Under the pieces are notes generated by a model. It saw only the letters and a list, made by a program, of their open reading frames with translations, was not told the DNA's origin and ran no database searches. A DNA stretch of 15,330 bases from Zygophlyctis sp. KS116 (lineage: Eukaryota; Fungi; Chytridiomycota). A program made the position numbers and the translations under genes. Shown in pieces: positions 1 to 8,083 of this stretch. The stretch's first letter is position 1. Every line of letters starts with the position of its first letter. The stretch spans positions 1-15,330 of the forward strand of contig BAAFSQ010000237.1 in NCBI GenBank assembly GCA_054661495.1, read 5' to 3'.

Positions 1-14
1 ATTTATTTTCTTAG

Positions 15-82
15 TACCAAAATACTCTACAGAAATGTTGAATCCTGTTGCAGTCTTGGAACGTCAGTATGGAATGAGTTGA
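15..82 (+). CDS. Possible last exon of an unidentified upstream gene (..PKYSTEMLNPVAVLERQYGMS*)
   Basis: An intron-like 3' end (ATTTATTTTCTTAG, 1-14) is followed by an open frame to TGA at 80-82. This would sit 7 nt from the convergent MCEE stop, matching two other 7-nt convergent gaps in the window. No recognisable homology. Confidence 0.3.
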
Positions 83-89
83 ATTCTCT

Positions 90-557
90 TCATTTCTGTT
101 CTAATTCCACCAAAACTCCATCTAAATCTTTTGGATGAAAGAATGAGACTAATTTCCCATGAGCTCCAATCTATATTTTTACCATAATTTAAAATACCTT
201 TGGTTCTGATTCTAATGGTCTGACTTGATTTTCAATCATAACCTTTCTCGCTTGGTGGATATCATCAACTTCAATACAAACATGATGAATTCCTCCGCTT
301 GGATTCTTTTTAAGGAATCCTGATATGGGTGAATTTGATCCTAATGGATGCAATAATTCTAGTTTAGTATTTCCTAAATCAACAAAGACTGTTGTTACGC
401 CATGATCAGGTAGATCGACTGGATCAGAGACTTTAGCACCAAGACAAGTTTTATAAAAAGTACTAGATCGTGCTAGATTAGGAGTAGCAATAGCAACATG
501 ATTCAAATGGCCTAGATTTGATAAGCTCGACTTTGTAGAAAAGGCAGCTCTAAACAT
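90..557 (-). CDS. MCEE: Methylmalonyl-CoA epimerase, probably mitochondrial (VOC/glyoxalase fold), 146 aa
   Basis: Motifs LNHVAIA, HGVTTVFVDLGNTKLELLHP and GGIHHVCIEV. Exons 557-198 and 170-90. Removing the 27-nt intron at 171-197 restores the conserved C-terminus IGAHGKLVSFFHPKDLDGVLVELEQK*. The short Arg/Ser-containing N-terminus resembles a presequence. Confidence 0.95.
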
Positions 558-653
558 GATCAGCTAGCTTACAAGGTTAGGAACAGATCATAGGGGGATC
601 GTAGGGGGATCATAGGACTTTGCATAGAGTTGCCCGCCTAATCCCTGCTAAAA
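558..653. promoter_or_regulatory. 96-nt divergent spacer (putative bidirectional promoter) between MCEE and CWC2
   Basis: Head-to-head ATGs at 557(-) and 654(+). The spacer is richer in GC than its flanks and contains a tandem repeat and CCTAATCCCTGCT. Confidence 0.6.
586..616 (+). repeat. 11-nt tandem repeat GATCRTAGGGG, about 2.8 copies
   Basis: GATCATAGGGG (586-596), GATCGTAGGGG (597-607), GATCATAGG (608-616), read directly from the sequence. Confidence 0.9.
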
Positions 654-1956
654 ATGGACAAGAAAAAGGAAGCGACATCTACTTCTACTTATGTTCCTCC
701 TCCGGTCACAGACTGGAAAGATTTCTCTGATCGGCCAGCAAGGAAACAGGGAGATATCAAGAGAATGAAAAAAACTCAAACTATTGAAGCAACAGGAACT
801 TATAACATTTGGTATAATAAATGGTCTGGATATGATAACAAGGATCCAAAAAAGTAGGACTAGTTAATTTTTAATGGCATAGTCTTGAACGTGCTGAGGC
901 TCGTTGTTGTATAGAAAGAGATTCTGGAATAACAAAGGCAAAAGGAAAGGCAAGCTTTTGTTTGCATTTTTCTCATGGGACTTGTATTAAAGGTCCAAAA
1001 TGTCCTTTTTATCATAGACTTCCAACTCCTCAAGATTATTTTCCAATTACTCAAGATGTTTTTGGAAGAGAAAAACATCGAACAGAGAGGGATGATATGA
1101 TGGGAGTTGGATCATTTGAAAGAGAAGGAAAGGTCTTGTATGTTGGAAATATTTCAAATTCTCCTGATGCCGAAAGAATAATAGCAAGGCATTTTTCAGA
1201 ATGGGGAGAAATAGAGCATAGTAAGTTTTTTTTAGATTAATAGAAAGTCAGGATGCTTACAGGAAGAGGGATTGCGTTTGTTAGATATAGAAATAGATGT
1301 TCTGCTGAATTTGCAAAAGAAGCAATGTTTGGGCAGTCTTTGGATAATAATGAAATATTACTAGTTAAATGGGCAAATGATGATCCTAATTCCCTTGGTA
1401 TATTTTGAAATTTGACTTATATGTTTTAGTACACGAATTAAATAAGAGAAAGGCTCAAGAAGTTGTTGAAAATGCAGTCTTGTCAAAAATGCCCAAATTA
1501 GGAGAAAAAGGAACTTTATTAGATTATCAGGATACTCTAGATGATTCAGAACCAAAAGGAAATATGATTCAAGGCTCTGAGCATTATCCATTTTATCAAG
1601 AAGGATCTCAGGGATCTGATTTACAAAAAGCTTGGGCTGATTACTATGCAGCTGGTGGAACACCTGAAGCTGCAGCAGCATATTATTCCGCACAAGGAAT
1701 CACAATTGATCAAGATCTTTCTCAAACAAATAATTCTGAAGGCTATAATCATGAACAAGCACAGTATGGATATTCAATTGAAAGCTATGAAACATCTGAA
1801 AGATTAGCATCGGGTGTAGATAATTCTATTTATGCATTACCAAACTCGGGAAAAGAAGCCCAAAAAGCTCTTGACGCCATTTTAACAGAGGCTACTCCTG
1901 AACCCAGTATTAATGCAAACGGGTCTTCTGGATTAGTTGCATATGATTCTGATTAA
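654..1956 (+). CDS. CWC2: Pre-mRNA splicing factor Cwc2/Cwf2 (Torus, CCCH zinc finger, RRM), 404 aa
   Basis: Motifs RPARKQ, YNIWYNKWSG, CCCH finger CLHFSHGTCIKGPKCPFYH, DVFGREKH, and RRM LYVGNI...IAFVRY...AEFAKEAM...VKWANDDPN. Exons 654-853, 883-1220, 1248-1397, 1430-1956. Introns 854-882 (29 nt), 1221-1247 (27), 1398-1429 (32). Confidence 0.93.
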
Positions 1957-2049
1957 TTATTCAAAAACTTAAAAAGTTGGGAAGGTTGATAAATCATGGA
2001 TGCTTTTTTAAAGATTACAGTGAAAAAAATCTACAAAATATAACGTGTA

Positions 2050-2765
2050 CTATTCATGATCTTCTCTTAATTCTCCTGGACATTCGTAATCCATTTCTTT
2101 TTCTGTATCAAAGCTACATCCACAATAAACACAATACCTGTATACACTTCTTAAATATAATATTGTCTGCTTCAACTGCATCTCTGGATTCAATAGATCA
2201 AATTCAGACTCTTCCACTTCTTCATTTTGATCTCGTCTTGTTGGCCACAGCTCATTTGAAGCCTTATTATTTGCCATATCCATTTGTTCTATAACTTTTC
2301 TTGAATTTCTAACATCATCCTTGATCTGCTTATTTTCAAATTTACTAGAGATTTTACTCCTGAATTCAGTTGGATCAATCTCGGCCGCTGTAATTTCAGA
2401 TGCCCTCTTTTTAGAGAATGTTAAATCTTTAGATTTCTTTGACGTTCCCAATCCTTTCTTATCATTTTTCAAAATTATTGGAATTGGTTCCGTAATTCCC
2501 TCAGAGAGTCCAAGACTATCTCCCTTTTTAAAACCCATTTTACTTAAAAGCTTAAATCCTACATTATCGGACGGTATTTCTGTCGACAGTCCTTCCTGCA
2601 GCGAATGATCTATTTTATCAGTTATTTTGACCTACGTTTGGAATTATCAATAGCTGATTGGCTAGACTTGAGCTTCCTTCTTTTGGATGCAGGGAGCAGT
2701 GATGTAGGAGGTGCAATAGAGTCATTTAAAAAGGCCATGGACATATAATCATCATCTGAAGACAT
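2050..2765 (-). CDS. GPATCH11: G-patch domain protein, GPATCH11/CCDC75-like with C-terminal DUF4187-type Cys motif, 229 aa
   Basis: N-terminal DDDYMS, G-patch GLSTEIPSDNVGFKLLSKMGFKKGDSLG, and C-terminal YLRSVYRYCVYCG...CPG...DH. Exons 2765-2636 and 2609-2050; intron 2610-2635 (26 nt). Confidence 0.85.
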
Positions 2766-2804
2766 TGCAATTAATGACCCTAAACTTGTTTAAAAAATTT
2801 TCTG
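2766..2804. promoter_or_regulatory. 39-nt divergent spacer between GPATCH11-like and TIM23
   Basis: ATGs at 2765(-) and 2805(+). Contains one ACCCTAAA (TTTAGGGT on the minus strand). Confidence 0.55.
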
Positions 2805-3387
2805 ATGGAATCAAACGCTGATATCGAATATGTTTACCTGGATGAAAATCCATTCATGTCAAAGAATGAACCAAGGCCGATGGGTAATTTTGGTCCTTTT
2901 CCAATGCGAACCAATTATGATAAGCTGCTTTATGGGAGTGGGATCGCTTACATTAGTGGATTAAGTTATGGGGGGATCTATGGTACATATAGAGGTCTTC
3001 AGACTGCTACAGTCCCAAAATTAAATGTCAAAATTAATATGATCTTAAATCAAATGACCCGTTATGGGCCTTGGGCTGCAAATTCAATGGCAATGATGAG
3101 TAAGTAATGCATTGATTAATGATTAGCTATGGGCTGGGCATTGATCGATTCTTCAATTGGACTATATAGAAATACAAGCGATTATTATAATCATGTATCT
3201 GCTGCATTTTTATCTGGATTTATTTTTAAAAGCACTGGTATGGCATTTTGTAAATTAACTTTTAGCTGGAATAAGACCTGCATTTTTGACTGGGTCAATC
3301 TTAGCTTCCGTTGTTTCTATATATGGATTGTATGACAAATGGTCTTCTGGAACATTTTTGGAATCAAATCAAGAAGCTAAAAACTAA
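2805..3387 (+). CDS. TIM23: Mitochondrial inner membrane translocase subunit Tim23 (Tim17/22/23 family), 175 aa
   Basis: Motifs LLYGSGIAYISGLSYGGIYG, KINMILNQMTRYGP, and DYYNHVSAAFLSGFIFKSTAGIRP. Exons 2805-3099, 3127-3237, 3266-3387. Introns 3100-3126 (27 nt) and 3238-3265 (28). Confidence 0.88.
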
Positions 3388-3484
3388 AAATCATTTAACA
3401 GAGCTTTCGTATTTTATAGTCCCAAACATTCAGTTTCTCATGAGTAATCTACAAAAAATTTTAAAAGCGACTATTAAAAATACT

Positions 3485-4568
3485 TTATTGTTTTTTGGTT
3501 AAGATGTCTACTCCTGATTCTGTGATTAACAGTGTTTCTTCAAATTGAGCTGATCGTTTCCCATCTCTTGTAACAGCAGTCCAATTATCAGGCCTTTTGA
3601 TTATAAATAAAAATATACCATAAAACATCTTGCCAAACTCCTTCAGAAATCATTGGCTCTATTGTAAATGTATGTCCAGGTTTCATAACTCCAACAGCCT
3701 TGTTTTTAGAATAGTGAGGAACACTAGGAGCACAATGAAAATATTCATGAATTCCATGTCCACAATAAGTTTTAACAACTGAAAATCCATGAGATGATGC
3801 ATGTTTTTGAATAATATTTCCCATATCTCTATACAAAGCACCAGGTTTACAAGCTGCAATAGCTAAATCTAAACATTCCCGTGCTGTCTTGATTAATTCA
3901 AGTCCTCTAGAATCAACATTTCCAATAGCTAATGTTTCATTTAAATCCCCATGCATTCCATCATGAAAAACTGAGACATCAATATTCAGCAAATCTCCGT
4001 CTTTCAGCTCATACTGATCAGGTATACCGTGACATATAACTTCATTAACAGAAGTACAACAAGATTTAGGAAATGTGTAGTAATTAAGAGGAGATGGATA
4101 AGAATTTCTTTCAATGCAAGCATCATGAATAACTCGATCAATTTCATCCGTTGTGGTTCCAACTTTTGCAATCTTGATACCTTCTTCTATTACCTCTCTG
4201 GAAATGGTACTAATCTTCCTCATCTTTTCAATTTGTATGGCATTTAGAACCTTGATTTGCGTTGAGCCTTTGATCGCCATCTCTGATCGTGGGAAACCAT
4301 TTGGGTCGGTGGCATAGTCTGGTCTCATGATTTGTTCAGGAACAACTCTAGTAGCAGAAAGAGGATATACTGGTCTTAATGGTCCTGTAAATGAAAAATT
4401 GGGCCATGGATTATGTTTTGCATCCGAAATGTGGCACTTCTTATGATCATCCCAGTTAGAGACAAAGCAAGCCTGTGAGCAGTAGAATGAATCTTTAAGT
4501 TCAAGCTTAATGCAAGTAGGACATCTTAGTTTAGAAGGAGAATGACAAACGACACATACAGCAGGCAT
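3485..4568 (-). CDS. MAP1: Methionine aminopeptidase 1 (type Ib, N-terminal zinc finger), 352 aa
   Basis: N-terminal Cys/His finger, [44 protein letters not shown]. Exons 4568-3619 and 3593-3485. The 25-nt intron at 3594-3618 restores [26 protein letters not shown]. The ATG is at 4568; the track's 4577 start is a TTG. Confidence 0.97.
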
Positions 4569-4654
4569 CAAAAACAAAATGACTGCGCAAGTTGGAGTTT
4601 GTGGCAGGGTGAAGCGACTATATCAGTTTCAGACTCTTGCAGTTTGATATCATC
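4569..4654. promoter_or_regulatory. 86-nt divergent spacer between MAP1 and PEX10
   Basis: ATGs at 4568(-) and 4655(+), with a GC-richer core containing GGCAGGGTG. Confidence 0.55.
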
Positions 4655-5510
4655 ATGAGCAATTCAAAACTACCTTGGGCAACTATCGCCACAATCATAC
4701 TGGCACACGAGAAGAATACATTCTATTTACAAAAGCTAAGATCTCAATTAAATGAATTACTACAAAGTGCATTTGGTATTTTTATCAATTATAATAATTA
4801 GGACAATTGTTTCCTCAAAAGCATAAGCAGAAAATAAACATGATTGCTGATGGAATTTATTATGGAACGTCTGTCATATCAGGATCTCCGACGATTGGGG
4901 ATGAGTATGCAGATCTATTACCATTTTCAGGCAAAGAATTCCCTCCTCCTCTATGGAGAAGATTTTTGTTTCTAATCAGTTATTCTTTTGGGGGTTTTGG
5001 GATTGTTCTCTTGTTGCGATCTATCAAAAAACTACATTACAAAAAGTATTTTGATGATTCACTGATCCCTTTAATTCATAATGCATTGTTCTATTTTGAT
5101 TCATGCTACTATTATATTGCGTATCGGATCGCAGGAATTAAATTTAAACTCATGCGCCAGATTAGACAAGGAGAAAGGGATTCTGGATATGCGATTCTTG
5201 GAATTTTATCTATTATCCAATTGCTCGTTAAAATTGCAATAAAACCAGTCACAACTTCAATAAGTGAAGAAGAAGAGTAATTCTTTATTATAAAATTCAA
5301 AAATATAGAAGCAGCACTAGTACGGATATAAAAGAATCTGAAACATGTATGCTATGTTTATCAAAAAGAAAGCAAACAGTAGCTACTCCTTGTGGACATT
5401 TATTTTGTTGGTATTGTATAGCAGATTGGATAACAAAAAAACCAGAATGTCCGCTTTGTAGAAAATATGTAGTACCTCCACAACTAATTCCAGTTAATTC
5501 TTTTGAATAA
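4655..5510 (+). CDS. PEX10: Peroxisomal RING E3 ligase Pex10 (Pex2/12 N-terminal domain plus C3HC4 RING), 265 aa
   Basis: PTIGDEY (TLGEEY motif), YYYIAYRIAGIKF, GYAILG, and RING CMLC...TPCGHLFCWYCI...ECPLCR. Exons 4655-4775, 4802-5276, 5309-5510. Introns 4776-4801 (26 nt) and 5277-5308 (32). Confidence 0.88.
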
Positions 5511-5517
5511 ATTCTTG

Positions 5518-6370
5518 CTAACAAAACTTCCATCTATTTCCACAATTAATACATGTTACAAATGTGGTCATTGGTTCATCCGCACTCCTAGTCTGCATTT
5601 GATCTTTAAAGTTAATTGAAACAAGGATTACAATATTTTGTCTTCCTTTGCTTACAACGTCCACATTTAAACATGTCAGTCTCTGCTTGATTATCAGCCG
5701 CAGTAATTAATTCATGTAATGTTAACTTTATAGCTTCTTCTACCTGTTTTTGTTTATCCTTTGACATCATTTCTTCTGGAGTCATTTTTGCAAAATCCCT
5801 TGGATCTAATCTACCTTTCAAAATCCGTTCTTTCAAGTCTGGATTATTTTTATCTTTTAAATTTGAAACACATGATCTAACCTTTGCCTTGTATTTTGAG
5901 TCTGTTTCTTTAAATTCCTGAAAAATAGATAATTCAATCAATTCCGCCTTTTTCAAAATCAAATGACCATCATAATCTGTTTCTCCTGCACAAGCACTAT
6001 ACAACATTTCCACACATTTATCTCTAATTTTATCTCTTGTTGAATTTATTTTTATAGAATCAGTAATTATAGTTCTAGTTTTAGACTTTTCTGCAGATTT
6101 ATTCGTTGACGATGAATCATCTGTCTGTTCCTTCATTTTTTCAACATCAGCCTTCCATTTTATAATGACGGCTTTAGCCAATTCCTGAACTTTAGTAGTA
6201 TGCGTTCCTTTTCTTAATTCATTAACAGTTATTCCAATCTTTGATGATTTTAGCAGATCAGGCGATGCATTCCATCCCAAGAGTATATTAAGTAGATCTA
6301 ACAAGACATTTTCTTTGTCGGCAGATTTGTGAATCTGTTCCTTGTATTTTAAAAGATCTTGAATTTTCAT
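5518..6370 (-). CDS. DST1: Transcription elongation factor TFIIS (S-II), 274 aa
   Basis: N-terminal domain [11 protein letters not shown], central YKAKVRS..SNLKD..N..L, and zinc ribbon FKCGRC...[29 protein letters not shown]. Exons 6370-5632 and 5603-5518; intron 5604-5631 (28 nt). Confidence 0.97.
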
Positions 6371-6488
6371 TTTTTTGAGAATTTTCCAACGCACACACAC
6401 ATGATGTTCCTAGATCGTTTGCTAATTTTCTGCCCAGACACTCCCCGTCCCTGATAAACAATATTTGATCAGCCAAAAGTCATTGTCA
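6371..6488. promoter_or_regulatory. 118-nt divergent spacer between TFIIS and RRP42
   Basis: ATGs at 6370(-) and 6489(+). Contains a short (CA)n run (6392-6401) and a C-rich patch CTCCCCGTCCCTG. Confidence 0.55.
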
Positions 6489-7404
6489 ATGATTGCCAAG
6501 AGTGAAAAAGACTATATTATCAAAGGAATAGAAAGCAATATAAGAGTAGATGCAAGGCAAAGGTTGGCATCAAGATCAGTTAGAATAGAAACTGATCTGA
6601 TTCCACAAGCGTCGGGATCCGCTTATGTTCAAGTGTGTGGGCATGGATCAGAAGTGCTTGCATCAGCAAGTGTTTTTATAGAGAATTTGCAATCTCAACA
6701 AATGGATGAAGCAAGTGGAGAGACTGGACTGGTTAAAACTAGGGTTTTATGGTATGTTCTTTATAGTTTATAAAAGTTCTGCTGGTGCATCAGGGAAATT
6801 TAGAGACTCAAAAAAATTAGATAATTTATGCGCTGAATATACAGAATTTTTAGATAAGATTTTAAATGGTTCTCAAGGTGGAATTGATCTAAAATCACTT
6901 TGTATTATTCCAGGTGCTTTGATTTGGGTAATTAATATTGATGTGTTGATTCTTGAATTTGGTGGAAATTTATTAGATGTATTATTTTTAGCTGTTAGAG
7001 GGGCTTTATATACTACTAAAATGCCTCAAGTTACAGTTGAATCTTTTGAAGGTGCTTTTGAATATGAAGTAGGACAAGAGGAAATTCTTTCAATTAAAGG
7101 AAGGGAAGATATTCCTGTGTCTGTAACTTTTATAAAAATTGGAAATCGGTATATATTGGATCCGACAGTACAAGAAGAATTATGTGCTGATGCTAGTATA
7201 ACTATTTGCTTCAATTCAAAAGGGCAAATATGCTCATTAAAGAAAAGTGGTCAAGGTGGTATAGAGCCATCGTTATTATCTGCTATTTTACAGGCTGGAC
7301 ATCCAATAGGTCAATCTTTAATTAAGGATATGGCATCTGCATTAGAAGCGGAAGATTTAAGATTATCTCAAACTGATCAAGAGATTTGTCCAATAATACG
7401 ATAA
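6489..7404 (+). CDS. RRP42: Exosome core subunit Rrp42/EXOSC7 (RNase PH-like), 296 aa
   Basis: SEKDYIIKGI...IRVDAR, PQASGSA, LCIIPG..W.I.ID.LILEFGGNLLD, and ILDPT.QEE. Exons 6489-6751 and 6777-7404; intron 6752-6776 (25 nt). Confidence 0.88.
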
Positions 7405-7461
7405 TTAGATGTAATCTCATAAATTTCAAAAGCTCATAATCATATAAAGGATGGATTTATT

Positions 7462-8064
7462 TTAATTTTCAAGAAATTTTTTGGTAGCATCAACTATCAG
7501 TTTATGTTCCACTTCATGAATTCTTTGTTCTAAATCTGATAAGCTGTCTGTTTCATATATTGGGACTTTCTGTAATAGAATACTCTCTCCTTTGTCCACT
7601 TGAGGAATCACTTTATGCACCATCACTCCCGTACAATCGATTAGTCCATCTTTAAAAGCTTCATAAGCCCTTGAAATAGAATTAATACCATCAAATGCCC
7701 CCGGTAATGCAGGATGTAAATTAATCACAATATCAGAAAACATATTTAAAAATTCTGGTGATAGTATATGCATAAATCCTGCCAGAATAATGATATCAGG
7801 GGATCCATTAAAGTGATTGATTATTTTTAAAGCCAAATCTTTGTCGAAATCAGACCTGGGTTTGCCCATATCTTTGTATGATTTAAGAGTCATTGTTAGG
7901 GTGGGAATGCCAGCATTTTCGGCTCTTTTTAAACCGTAAGCCTTGGAAGAATTTGATACAACCAGATCAATGCTAGCATCAAGAGTATTGGAAAGTGTTG
8001 CATCTATCAGAGCTTGAAGATTAGATCCATTTCCAGAGATCAAAATGGCGATGCGTTTTTTCAT
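7462..8064 (-). CDS. ADE8: Phosphoribosylglycinamide (GAR) formyltransferase, monofunctional, 200 aa
   Basis: ILISGNGSNLQALID, ILAGFMHILS, catalytic NLHPALPG and VMVH...VDKG. Intronless ORF. Confidence 0.96.
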   Translation of the reverse strand: MKKRIAILISGNGSNLQALIDATLSNTLDASIDLVVSNSSKAYGLKRAENAGIPTLTMTLKSYKDMGKPRSDFDKDLALKIINHFNGSPDIIILAGFMHILSPEFLNMFSDIVINLHPALPGAFDGINSISRAYEAFKDGLIDCTGVMVHKVIPQVDKGESILLQKVPIYETDSLSDLEQRIHEVEHKLIVDATKKFLEN

Positions 8065-8083
8065 GCTAACCTAATACCTGCTT

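Noticed and set aside
586-616. CRISPR-like array
   Set aside because: Contiguous 11-nt units with no spacers, in a eukaryotic context.
3530-3552. MetAP1 SAQFEET instead of the usual SAQFEHT as a sign of inactivation
   Set aside because: The metal-binding Glu and the other ligand motifs are intact, and the changed residue is not a metal ligand.
7462-8064. Intronless ADE8 as a recent bacterial purN transfer
   Set aside because: NLHPALPGAFDG resembles fungal Ade8, and base composition matches the neighbours. One short intronless gene is not unexpected.
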